Part shown: one piece after another, positions 1 to 11,340 of the stretch | Layout: the number at the start of each line of letters is the position of its first letter | How positions within the stretch are numbered: the stretch's first letter is position 1 | Source: Ginkgo biloba | Lineage: Eukaryota; Plantae; Ginkgophyta | Assembly: GCA_024626585.2 (NCBI GenBank) | Contig: JANKJI020000004.1 | Span: 22,914,621-22,934,020, forward strand | DNA length: 19,400 nucleotides | Direction of reading: 5' to 3' | Translations under genes and position numbers: made by a program | The notes under the pieces: generated by a model | Seen by the model: the letters and a program-made list of their open reading frames with translations, nothing else | Database searches by the model: none | What the model was told of the DNA's origin: nothing

Positions 1-1039
1 AACGATCCAAATCTCAAATCTCATGTTCTTGAATTGAAATGGTCTAAAGATTCTAGACTAATCGATTGTGGAGATGAACAATCCGAGTTTGTTTTGTAAT
101 TATTATTTGTAGTTGAGGGATCTTCATCAGCGTTATCGTTGCGTGTTGAGCTTCTATTTTCATCCTCTCATTCCTACAATGTCTAAGTACTTTTCTCAAT
201 CATAAATTCCAATTTTGCATCCTCCTTTTCTAGTGTAGAACCTTGTACCATGGGCACCATCTTCTTCTTCTTTTTTGGTCCCTTGGCCATGCTACTAACT
301 ACGTCTCTTTGAGGGGTTAGGCTTTCACTCTTTTCAGACTTCTTTTTTTAAATTGTTTTTGTGGCCTACACAAGCTTTGCTCGCTACATATGCTCATGAA
401 ATTTGCTCTGCAGATCTATTGCAAGTTGCTCCTTAGGCAGTATGACAAAGACCCTTGGCTAAACCAGAGGGTTTTAGCAGTAAGCTCTAACCTCCATGAA
501 AGCTAGGGTTACTAAATATGTGGCCAAGATGGTGTTCATTATGTCCTGACTTTTCGAGAAAAACCGTTCAAGTTCCTTTAAAGGCAAGAGAACCAATGTT
601 TACTAGATGTGGGTCACAATAAAGTGTGCATCGTTAGTATTCAACCAACCCCCCCATAGAGATAGGAAGGATGATTCCATTGCTCTCACTAATAGAGCCA
701 CATTCTAGAGTCTTCAAACAGGTAAACAATATGTCAGCAGTGCTCATGCGTGAAGAACATACATTATGCAATCATAAGAGCAAGTGATAACAAAGAAGGT
801 GGTGAATCAAAAGGAATATATTGCATTAGAACTAGTTCTATTACATATAATGGATGGATGATTGATGCCTTTGCAGCTTACAATATTTGTTTATACAAGC
901 GGTGCCTTTTCATAGGCGAATCCAATAGTCATATTATTTTGCTAATTCTTAACTATGATTGACTAACTAATCAGTTGTTTACATTATTTTTATACAGAGA
1001 ACTACTTCATTGTATTAGGTCATTTCTTGCTAACTAGCC

Positions 1040-1195
1040 TTACGACCAATAACTATAGTTGTTGTTGCAACCGAGAACTGCAATTGTTGTTGTGATCGAG
1101 AATGATGATGATGATGCAACCAAGAATGCAGTTATTGTTGTGATCGAACTACAAAACTACTGTGATCGATATATGGCTTTTCTTGCGACCAAAGA
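1040..1195. repeat. Degenerate ~23-25 bp tandem array (GCAACC/GTGATC/GCGACC cores)
   Basis: About six successive units such as gttgttgttgcaaccgagaactgca, attgttgttgtgatcgagaatgatg, atgatgatgcaaccaagaatgca and gttattgttgtgatcgaactaca. Confidence 0.7.
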
Positions 1196-2337
1196 CTAAG
1201 GGGTTTTACAATTGGGACTTTTACTAAGTACCAAATCTTCAACATACAATATGCATCATCATAATGCTTCTACCATTACAAAGCCAAAGGAAGATTATGA
1301 AGCAAAGCAAAAAGTCAAATACATAAGGTAGAGAAAAGGTGGTCACACTGGGCTTGAGTTGAAGGATGCAACGAGGCTTAAGAGGGAAGTCTGAAAATAG
1401 GAGGCAAAGCTAGATCATAGTGAAAAAGGGTTTGAAAGGGGGGAATTCGAGTTGATGCCTATAAAGAAGTATTGCAACTAGAAACAACATAAAGGAGGAA
1501 ATGATCCCCAATCAGAAAGGTCAGGGTTGACATACATGGCCAACATGTTACAACCCAGGCAACCCTAGTCCAAGCCCGGNNNNNNNNNNNNNNNNNNNNN
1601 NNNNNNNNNNNNNNNNNNNNNNNNNNNNNNNNNNNNNNNNNNNNNNNNNNNNNNNNNNNNNNNNNNNNNNNNNNNNNNNNNNNNNNNNNNNNNNNNNNNN
1701 NNNNNNNNNNNNNNNNNNNNNNNNNNNNNNNNNNNNNNNNNNNNNNNNNNNNNNNNNNNNNNNNNNNNNNNNNNNNNNNNNNNNNNNNNNNNNNNNNNNN
1801 NNNNNNNNNNNNNNNNNNNNNNNNNNNNNNNNNNNNNNNNNNNNNNNNNNNNNNNNNNNNNNNNNNNNNNNNNNNNNNNNNNNNNNNNNNNNNNNNNNNN
1901 NNNNNNNNNNNNNNNNNNNNNNNNNNNNNNNNNNNNNNNNNNNNNNNNNNNNNNNNNNNNNNNNNNNNNNNNNNNNNNNNNNNNNNNNNNNNNNNNNNNN
2001 NNNNNNNNNNNNNNNNNNNNNNNNNNNNNNNNNNNNNNNNNNNNNNNNNNNNNNNNNNNNNNNNNNNNNNNNNNNNNNNNNNNNNNNNNNNNNNNNNNNN
2101 NNNNNNNNNNNNNNNNNNNNNNNNNNNNNNNNNNNNNNNNNNNNNNNNNNNNNNNNNNNNNNNNNNNNNNNNNNNNNNNNNNNNNNNNNNNNNNNNNNNN
2201 NNNNNNNNNNNNNNNNNNNNNNNNNNNNNNNNNNNNNNNNNNNNNNNNNNNNNNNNNNNNNNNNNNNNNNNNNNNNNNNNNNNNNNNNNNNNNNNNNNNN
2301 NNNNNNNNNNNNNNNNNNNNNNNNNNNNNNNNNNNNN

Positions 2338-3682
2338 GCTACAGAACTTCCTTTAGACCTTATTTGGCGTCTATTTCTACATCCAAGCAAAAGAGAAGTT
2401 GTGAGAGGAGCACCAAAGATTGGTAAGCCTTGCTCAGCGCGAAAACTAGGGTTCCCAAACCCTACAAAGCTATGTAACAATGATGGTTTCTTGATTAGTT
2501 ATGGTAATTTGTGATATTACTATGGGTTTGCTTGATATGATAGATTTGGACCTATCATTATTGCTTGGTCTTTGTTTATCCCACTATGTAGGAAATAGAC
2601 TACATGAATGAATGCCTGATTGAGTCTTGACAACCCAATTATTGTGCCATACGCATGCATAGTATCACGGTGACGACAATCTTTGATATTCAGTTGCTAG
2701 TGATTGTACTAGTAGGGCCTTTGTATGAGTATGATAGGAATCTTGAATCTTAAGGCTTAGATGAGGGGCTAGCACCCATTGGACTCCTGAGGCAAGCAGC
2801 CATGGAGGTGTGATAGCACGCCATGGTGGGTACTGTAAGTCTCGACCAAACCAGTATTGTTGCAGTCGATATGCCTTGTGTATGAACATGCAAGGGATCG
2901 AAAGGCCTAAGGCCTAACAGCAAAGAGGAGGGGGCTAGCAACCCAATGGAATCTTCAAGCGAGCATGGAATCCATAGAGGTGTGTTAGCACTATGTGGTG
3001 GGGTTTGCAAGTCTCGACCAACCGGCATTATTGTTGCTCTTGTTATGATGAGCACAATTAGTGTGCTTGGNNNNNNNNNNNNNNNNNNNNNNNNNNNNNN
3101 NNNNNNNNNNNNNNNNNNNNNNNNNNNNNNNNNNNNNNNNNNNNNNNNNNNNNNNNNNNNNNNNNNTTGTTTGGCACTGGCAATTAGCCTTGATGGCGCC
3201 GAAGGTTTGCGTTAGTAGTTGTGGTCCAAGTCCTCTAAGGGTCCTCATCGCCAACAGTGGTAGCGTGTGTATGACTCAATAGCTTATCCCCTAATCCTAG
3301 CAATCCAATCTTCATTCATATTGTCTATGTTGGTTCAATATGAATGATATTATGATACTCATGATTATACTTGAATAATAGATGAATGAAATCTTTTCTT
3401 ACTGTGCACTATGATGGTTGGCATAAGATTTATTTATTATATCGCTTTTATATCTTGAGATGGATAAACCAACCTAGTTAGCTTTAGAAGAAAGTCTGGA
3501 CTATTACACATTGTTTGTTTAATAATTCCATTTAATTTGTCAATGAGGTTATCGATGGCCAAATGAAATGGACTACTAAAAGATTTGTGAATGCTTAACG
3601 ATTGAGTAACTACCTGCATAACTTGAAAGGTAAACTTTGTGCCTCAATCTAGTAAAATGTGAGACGGGTAAGAGTGACTACA
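2338..3682. mobile_element. LTR-like non-coding retrotransposon fragment with an internal duplication
   Basis: No coding signal, CTAG/CHG-decayed composition, a diverged internal direct repeat at ~170 bp spacing, possible end ...GTGACTACA. Boundaries approximate. Confidence 0.4.
2750..3037. repeat. Two diverged direct copies of a ~110-130 bp unit
   Basis: GGGGCTAGCA...CCATRGAGGTGTGWTAGCAC...GGTGGG...AAGTCTCGACCAA...TATTGTTGC occurs twice; AAGTCTCGACC at 2837 and 3009. Confidence 0.85.
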
Positions 3683-4276
3683 AATTACACCGAGCAAAAA
3701 TTTGACGACCTTATTGGCAATCAATAAAGGAATGACTTTGGCTTCAGACCACCAAGTTATATATTCAGTAAGGACAATATAATGAAATGATATAACAGGC
3801 TATGATCAAATATTCTCAATGCCTCTTGGGCTTGATCCCAAAGAGGGGTATATAGTAATAAATAAGGCTTCATGAAATTAATAATAGGAGGTAAGAAAAT
3901 AATGTTGTCTTAATAAAGGTCATAANNNNNNNNNNCCTATGTACATAATGATTACAAAGGAAAGGCTATGTGTGGAATGAAAGTGTAACTAAGGCATACT
4001 GACATATGATTATGTGTGGTCAAGGTGTGCATAGAGAGTATATGGTAAGATAACGTAATGAGAGACAAATAATGGAATAACTATAGATATGAATGGTAAA
4101 TGAATATAAGATAATAAGAAGACGTTATAAGAGAATTTGGTCACTTATGATCTATAAGAAATGGTTGAAAAGGCANNNNNNNNNNNNNNNNNNNNNNNNN
4201 NNNNNNNNNNNNNNNNNNNNNNNNNNNNNNNNNNNNNNNNNNNNNNNNNNNNNNNNNNNNNNNNNNNNNNNNNNNG

Positions 4277-4944
4277 ATACTGACTAGCTTGCATAAAGCT
4301 TCTCACATTGTAAGACTACAATCAACATTTCAAAGAATAAGAACACATTGTCCATTGATAAGTTTGAGGCAATTCTAGTTGATGAAGAGGATGGTGATCA
4401 GCAAAATGATGACAATGAACATGCTTTTGCCTCTCAAACTAAAGGGAGAGGGAGACAATATAATGGACAAGGATCAAGGAAAAAGGGACATCAACAACAA
4501 AGCCAACACCANNNNNNNNNNNNNNNNNNNNNNNNNNNNNNNAAGGATTGGACATCTGGGCAATGAGCGTTGGGAGAAAAATAGAGGAAGCGTTAGCTTT
4601 AGAGGTGGCACTTCAACAAATTTTAGAGAAAGAAACAACAACAATTATAGAGGAGACCAAAACAATAAGAGGCAATATCAAAATAATATTTACTAGATAT
4701 AAAGATAAGGAACAAAAAGTTGAGAAGAATGGGACACATTTGTTTATGGCCACCACTAAGGACAAACAAGATGATGCTTGGTATTTGGATAATGGTTGCT
4801 CATGCCATATGACTTCAAACAAAAATATATTTACAAGCCTAAACAAGGAAATGATGAGATGGTTACCCTTAGGGATCACAGGGAACACCAAACTAAAGGA
4901 AGTGGATCTATACAAATCCAAATGGATGACGGTAGAAAAAGTAT
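4277..4944 (+). mobile_element. Degenerate Ty1/copia gag (UBN2-type C-terminus) and protease fragment
   Basis: ILTSLHKASHI/KTTINISKNKNTLSIDKFEAILVDEE, an RG/N-rich linker, LFMA, then WYLDNGCSCHMTSNKNIF (copia protease WYLDSGCSxHM, starting 4779). After a frameshift it continues VTLRDHREHQTKGSGSIQIQMDDGRKSI. Confidence 0.88.
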
Positions 4945-5413
4945 TGTTGAATTTTGGACAAGACTTTGTTGAGTCCCAAGTATCTAGTTAGTGGACATGT
5001 ATGAAAAGCGACACGTATTTTGTGCATAGAGCAGGGGGAACATACAAAGAGTGGTGGTTGACCCTATTGAATAAAGTATATAAAAAGGTTTTCCATCAAC
5101 TGAGAACATTACAAAAGTGCACAACCAAATGGAGGAGTAGGCACAGTACACAACTAGATGATATATTAAATGGTGGGGTCTAATGACTAAGCATGGAAGA
5201 GATTATCAAGGGAGAAGAGCACAGAGGTCAATACCATGGTAGACTGTGTGGAAACCATACCTTGAGATGAAGCAATGGATTCTAACTTAAATTTTCCATG
5301 GCTATAACAAGCTATAAAATCATATTCGTGAAGTGTAAGGACCCAATGCGCAAGGCACAATTTTAACTCGTTCTTTGTGAACAAATTTGTGGGCAACATG
5401 ATTAGTTTTAACA
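4945..5413. mobile_element. Probable solo LTR inserted into the copia protease region
   Basis: Begins TGTTGAA and ends TTTAACA; flanked by AGTAT (4940-4944) and ATTAT (5414-5418), a 5-bp TSD with one mismatch; copia-like sequence resumes downstream. Confidence 0.6.
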
Positions 5414-5500
5414 ATTATATAGGAACCATGCAAGTATTTATTCAGTGTATTGAGTTCCCAAAGAACGAGGCATTCCTTTCAAGTAGCAAAGTATTTTTTC
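5414..5500 (+). mobile_element. Resumption of the interrupted copia pol
   Basis: KYLFSV at 5432-5449 resembles the copia post-protease KNLxSV motif, followed in another frame by KERG. Confidence 0.45.
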
Positions 5501-5711
5501 TCAACCGTTAATAAAAGAGATTGATATAAGTAATAAGGTGCAACCTTGAGTCAACAAAAGCTTGAAAGAGGAATGAGACCTATCCCCCCTTAATGATAAC
5601 TTCCTGAACTCNNNNNNNNNNNNNNNNNNNNNNNNNNNNNNNNNNNNNNNNNNNNNNNNNNNNNNNNNNNNNNNNNNNNNNNNNNNNNNNNNNNNNNNNN
5701 NNNNNNNNNNN

Positions 5712-6740
5712 CTAATATTATCCTAAATGTGTCATTCTCTTATTGAAGGGTTTATAATTGGGCCTTATATTTGCTAATATTCTATTTTAGTTGTTTTACT
5801 TCCATATTATATTGGTCAAGTTAAGTGATGACCTATAGGTATGATATTATTAATGAAGGTATAAGGATATACGTTAATGTTCTTAAAGAATGCGTATAAG
5901 GCCTCGACTCTTTAGGCCCTTTAGCAATAAATAATGTTACATCTATCATATGAAGTGAAGATATAGCCTGGATATCTTACTTTAGTAATTCAATATTTTT
6001 TTATAATATTTCCATTTCCTTCTTATGTACATTATCTTAAACCACCAACTTATCTCCTATCTCTATTACTCACTGTGTGAGGTCTATAACTAAGCCCACA
6101 ATTAGTTGGCTAGTTGAGTGAGTCATCATTGATCCCCTAGTAATCTCTAATGTGGATTCGAAGCAATCCTTTCATTTTTACTTAATCTTTTGCAATGTTA
6201 CTAGTTAGAAGGAAGTGATCCTAGTGAGTTCAATGCCATCTTGAAGCATATCTACTTCAAAACTTGCTAGACACTAATCCTAGGGACCTAGATGGATAAT
6301 AAAGATTGATGGTTATAGGATTGACTAGGGAGAGTTATTATCATCAAATCCTAACTAGACGATGAGATAGGTTAGGAATTTACGAAGGTTGACATTGTCT
6401 AAGTACCCTATAAGGTCCTTAGTAATTAAATGCATGTGATAAGAGAGGTTGATGAGGTTATATTCTTTGGGAAAGTAGTCCTATAGGAAATTAACTTCCC
6501 ATGTGCTTGATCTTGCTACATATTTTATCCCTAGGTACAATTATAGACTTATTTAAGATAGCTTATTTCCTTAACCTAGTTGAGAATTTATTTTCTTGAT
6601 TATTATTTTATTTAATGTGTATTAATCAACACAAAGATGAAAATTGTAATCTTTCTTCTTCACGAGATGTGGTTCTAAAATCAAGGGACTCTTTGAAGGA
6701 CAAATAACTTTTTATTGGAGCAGTTCAGCGACACATCAAT
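5712..6740. mobile_element. Old LTR-like non-coding retroelement tract
   Basis: Very CTAG/CCTAG-rich, non-coding, ends ...GCGACACATCA; no partner LTR or PBS seen. Confidence 0.35.
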
Positions 6741-6949
6741 GTATCGTTTGCACATCCCACAAGGATTGACATTACATTGGTACTTTGATAGCAACATTGT
6801 CTATGTGAATACAGTAGACAAACTTGGCAAAAGCGTGTGTCGGTCTACTATGCAAAGTAAAAGTGGTTGGGAACACAGCTAATAAGGAATGAATATCATG
6901 TAGACAATGAGTGGGATGTCAATAAGTGTTTAGTTTTCTAGACCAACAA

Positions 6950-7543
6950 AGAATATTGGACTTACACTGAGGGAGAAAATGAGCACAGTAAGGGAGGCGA
7001 TGTGCCTTGGAACAAAATTGCTAGAAGCGCTTATGGCCAATAACCAATCACATCCTAAAGTGATTGGAAAGATTTGTTTGGGAAGTACGTAACACTCAAA
7101 AATTGCTTGTTTGTTGAATTCAAGGGCAAGGTGATGGATTGCGAAGAGATAGAGTAGAAGCAATTATCACCAAAGGTAATTGTACTTGACTAAGTGGAAT
7201 AAATGGGTAAAAGTGAGTTGATCCAAAAATGAGGAACTAATGGATGTAATAGAACTACAAGTGTTAACCAAGGCATTAATGTGGTGCTCACCCACAAAAG
7301 TTGGAATGGTGAAAAAAAATCATAAAGAATGAGAAGAGGCTTCCAAAACATTACTAGGGAGGAAGGGGGAATGGCATGCTCACTCGAGCCACTCACTGAT
7401 TCTTTTCCTAACAACAGATTTTCAATAAATCCAAAGATATTTGCAATTTGATGAGATTTGTGAGGACGACAACAATACTTGGTGATGTGGCCAAATTGGT
7501 GACAATTAAAACACAAAGGATAACCACTGTGATCCCTAGTCAA
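6950..7543 (-). mobile_element. Degenerate Ty3/gypsy-type gag zinc knuckle plus aspartic protease
   Basis: CFNCHQFGHITKYC (CX2CX4HX4C, 7513-7472); INALVNTCSS (decayed ALVDTGSS, ~7274-7251); ITFGDN; PITLGCDWL (ILGxDWL, ~7058-7041); several frameshifts. Confidence 0.85.
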
Positions 7544-7561
7544 TTGTTGCCTTGGTCGAGA

Positions 7562-7738
7562 CTCATTTCCTTGAACATTCTAAATATTATCAACATCCAT
7601 GGTAGAGAAAGGAAGCTTTGAAATAGTGAAATCAAGGAGTATTTAGCTGAATGGTTAAATAGACCAAATGAAGAAGTTAAATGGGAGTTTGTCACTTTTT
7701 GCCCAGAATTTAAGTGCATTAGGGACAAGGAGAAATTT
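7562..7738 (+). mobile_element. Chromovirus integrase C-terminal chromodomain remnant, probably followed by the 3' LTR start
   Basis: RERKL*NSEIKEYLAEWLNRPNEEVKWE...CIRDKEKF matches the chromodomain pattern R-K-L-R...EYLVKW...P-EEATWE...LEDK. The stop at 7619-7621 is consistent with CGA to TGA. It is followed by a purine run and ttacaacccc. Confidence 0.8.
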
Positions 7739-8139
7739 TACAACCCCAACCAAACCATCACACTTAATGAGAAGAAAGCAAAGAAAGTCACAAGTTCATA
7801 GCCCATGGAGACATGACTTACAACCTTAAAATGTTAAGCACTATGGAAGCCTTAGAATCCTTGAAATAAAAATGCTTGGCTCAAAGATCTAGAGGAACTA
7901 AGGCAGCATCTTAACACTTAAGAAGGCTTGAAGGTTAGCTAGAGACTAGGTAGGATCCACAATATTCTAAGAAGCTACTTGAAGGGTGCCTTTCTAGGTC
8001 ACAAGACTAGTAAAGGGAATAATTATCAAGGTCGTCATGAACAATTGGGCATGGGACCTACTCATAGCAATAAATTGCATATAAGCAAATGAGAGGCCTT
8101 ATTTGCATCATCCATGAGATACAAAACTCTTCCTCTATT

Positions 8140-8530
8140 TCAACTTGCTATTTCACCCTACTTTGTCTTTTAAAGAAAATTTTTCAACTTCACCCTACTT
8201 CCAGAGGGATTCCAAGTGCCTGCAACTTAGAATTTCACACTTTGCCCTACAAATGAAAGGTGTTGATCACTAACAACTTGGATTTCTAATTATTCATGCG
8301 CTTTGCCCTACTTTGGGGGGTCAATATCAACACTGCAACTTACATTCTGACTTCGAGGTAGTTCACCCTACAATTTTGTGGCTAGGAAGCAATTCACCCT
8401 ATCATTTTATGGTTACTGAAATGCGTTAGCCACTTAAAGTAGCGTGACTTGCAATAGGGAGGCAATCTAACACTTTGCCCTGCCATTTTTGGAGAATCTA
8501 GGTAGTTTGCCCCCTCTTTTTTTGCCCTAA
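8140..8530. repeat. Array of nine TTCACCCT/TTTGCCC motifs
   Basis: Motif starts at 8152, 8189, 8241, 8302, 8362, 8393, 8474, 8506 and 8521, interleaved with recurring CAACTT. Confidence 0.8.
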
Positions 8531-9104
8531 AAGAGCTTTGTTGGGGTATAGAAGGCAAAAAATGACTCCGGAAAAAAATTAAGGTAGTCNNNNNNNNNNN
8601 NNNNNNNNNNNNNNNNNNNNNNNNNNNNNNNNNNNNNNNNNNNNNNNNNNNNNNNNNNNNNNNNNNNNNNNNNNNNNNNNNNNNNNNNNAGTCATAGGAA
8701 ATATAATATTTGAATAGAAAATGGAATGTGTAGGGAGATGCAATGGAAAATAAAGGTTAAAAACACTATATAGGAAAATATAGATAGATTGTAAAGTCAT
8801 TCCAAATAATGAATCAAAGGCTCTTATTGTCCCAGGACTCAAAATTAGGTCAAAATTCATATCACATGGACTTAAGACAATCTAGTTGTAGATCAAAATA
8901 AGACAATATATTAAATTTCCATCATGATGGTGGTTATACTTGGGAATGGTCTCAAGAAAATTAGTGGTGGTTTAGGGAGTTACATCCCATATTATTCATC
9001 ACATATAGAATAATTTTGTTAAGGATGCAGTTGGGTCATTTGTTTCAACTTCGAGTTGCCTAAGAAGGCTCACTCCCTCCAACTATAATTTATAAATATT
9101 TTAT

Positions 9105-9904
9105 AAGGGAAGAAAAATGAAACCTCTTGTGGAATCTTACTATTTCTTAACTCTAGTTTCTCCAAAAATAGGATGCATGTGCTCCTCAACATATTTTGAT
9201 TTTTGACCCCTTAAATGGATTCAATGAGTTTCAATAAAATGTTTAGCTTTGCCTCCCTATAAGGTCTTCTAAACTCTACTACTATTGCCATTGCCATACC
9301 CATGGATATCATCCAATTATCTTTCCACAAGGTTTTCATTTGTCATTGTCATTTCCATTTTCCTCTTTTGTGCTTCCTCCTAGTGGATATTCTTTATTTT
9401 CACCATTTCTTACTATTGCTTGATCAATATTGTCTTTAGCTATTGTTCATTCTTGAAGAGTGCAATGTCTAAAATAGAGAATTCAACTTGTAGGCCAACA
9501 TTCCCTATCTTCGCTTTGATACCTGCAATTCTAGCTTAACCAACTACTAACATCAATTCATATATGGCCTTGAGATCACTTATCTCCTTGTCAAATCTAG
9601 GCACCTAGTTTCGGTAGTACCCCAACCTAGGTTGAACTCACTCCTTGAGATATTCCATGAATTAGACAAAAGTGTCATCTTTCACTTGCCATTTGTCCAT
9701 AACCATTTGATAAATACAACCATTCCATTTGTTGTTGATGTGACCGTGACTACCTTCCTAGTCAAAAGGCATTGTAGAGTCCCAAACTTTAAATTTCTTG
9801 AACTCTCCAACAAAGTGCTTGATAGTATTGGTCATGAACCCATGCTTCCAATAGTAAATGTTGTTTATATCACATTCAAAGAGATCAAAAACATTTTCTT
9901 TGGG
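9105..9904 (-). pseudogene. Decayed ORF of unknown family, probably TE accessory, partly coiled-coil-like
   Basis: PKENVFDLFECDINNIYYWKHGFMTNTIKHFVGEFKKFKVWD...FDKEISDLKAIYELM...EEAQKRKMEM with scattered stops; the listed + ORF 9632-10009 looks like its antisense shadow. Confidence 0.4.
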
Positions 9905-10005
9905 NNNNNNNNNNNNNNNNNNNNNNNNNNNNNNNNNNNNNNNNNNNNNNNNNNNNNNNNNNNNNNNNNNNNNNNNNNNNNNNNNNNNNNNNNNNNNNNN
10001 NNNNA

Positions 10006-10280
10006 TTGAGCAAGATCAACCTCAAATCAAGCTACCATCAAATGCACATCAAAGAAGGAGATACTTTTAAGACATCTTTCAAGACTAGGCAGGGTATTTC
10101 TAAGTGGTTAGTCATACCTTTTGGTCTAACCAATGATCCTACCACTTTTATGTAATTGATAAATGATGTTATTCAGCCTTTTCTGGATATATTTATGATA
10201 TTCTTATTTTTGGTCACACTTGGGAGGAATACCTTGATCATTTATAAATTCTCCTTCACAAGTTGTAAGAGCATCAGTTG
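10006..10280 (+). mobile_element. Ty3/gypsy (chromovirus, CRM-like) reverse transcriptase fragment, pseudogenised
   Basis: LSKINLKSSYHQMHIKEGDTFKTSFKTRQGISKWLVIPFGLTNDPTTFM*LINDVIQPFLD, then after a deletion/frameshift YIYDILIFGHTWEEYLDHL*ILLHKL*EHQL; the YxDD motif has decayed to YIYD. Confidence 0.93.
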
Positions 10281-10871
10281 TAAAAAAATATGGGAAAATG
10301 ACAAATTTCCATGAGGTCCTCTTGTTATGCTCATCCAGGAGATGGTTAAGGTGAACCTCAAGAGCAAAACCAAGAGGAGCAAATCTAGAAGTATGAGCAA
10401 ATGAATGAGGGAGATAAGCCCCCCCAACAATTCAAATCTCTTCCTCATCCACCTAGGAATGGCAAATTCACTACTCGTTAATTCGTTGTGCCTTGCCTTG
10501 GAAATGGATGAGATGCCTTTTAGAAGTAAGAGATATAGAAAGATGGATGAAGGTATCCTCCTAACAAAGAGACTACTAGAAATCCTTTTGTTGGTTGGAG
10601 CAATAAGAAAGACCTTGGCAATGAAGTGGCAACAATATGGTGGCCTCTATAGTCTATTTTCTTTGTTGATGCATTTGTGGTGTTCAGAATTTTTATTGCA
10701 TTGCTTGATGGCATAGACTTGTTTGTTTTGCATAGATAGACCCCTCTAAGAAGAGGTGTGCAACGGTAAATGGTGTGGCGAGTGTGCTTCCATTATAGTG
10801 AAATTTTCTTGTAAAATGATTTTAATTTCCCCACATAAAGATATTCATCCTTACAACTAAAAACACGGGCC

Positions 10872-11340
10872 GAGTGGGGGAGGGGTGGGCGGAGGAAACA
10901 ATGTATTACAATAATTGGGTATACATCTCATAGAGGCATTGATGGGGACATATGCCACACGTCAAGTGTCCAACATGATACATGACATCTTGTGATCCAA
11001 CCAAAAATCCAGCTTACACATGTGGAATAATTTTGGTTCTCTCAATATTATTCTCAACAGTATACATGTGGAAATATTTCCCATACTTGGAAATATTCCA
11101 TACAAAAATTAGAATTCTAGAAAATTCAATTATTCGTAAATTCAGTTATTCTTGAAAATTTTAGTTATTTGTAACTCCTTATTCTCTCTCTTCAATCTTG
11201 CATTGTAACTGATTCTTCTCTAAAGCAGTCATGGAGAAGAATTATAAAAACGTATTCAAATTCAATTATTCACTATCTCTCACTCTCAAGCTTTCTTGGT
11301 TTGAGAGCCCTCTTGAGTTTCTTCCGACATAGTTGGGAAA
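10872..11340 (+). mobile_element. Polypurine-tract-like run followed by an LTR-like segment
   Basis: G/A-rich run 10872-10901, then TGTA at 10902; TGATGGGGACAT at 10940 resembles CRM LTR 5' ends; TATAAAA near 11243. Right end undefined. Confidence 0.4.

Noticed and set aside
5202-5216. 15-bp match ATTATCAAGGGAGAA to the minus strand near 14790
   Set aside because: Does not extend; likely chance in AT-rich DNA.
8140-8530. CRISPR-like reading of the motif array
   Set aside because: The repeat is only ~10 bp, spacing is irregular, spacers are related, the context is eukaryotic and there are no cas genes.
9632-10009. Plus-strand 125-aa ORF as a gene
   Set aside because: Hydrophobic F/V/I/L-biased composition typical of an antisense shadow, and partly gap.
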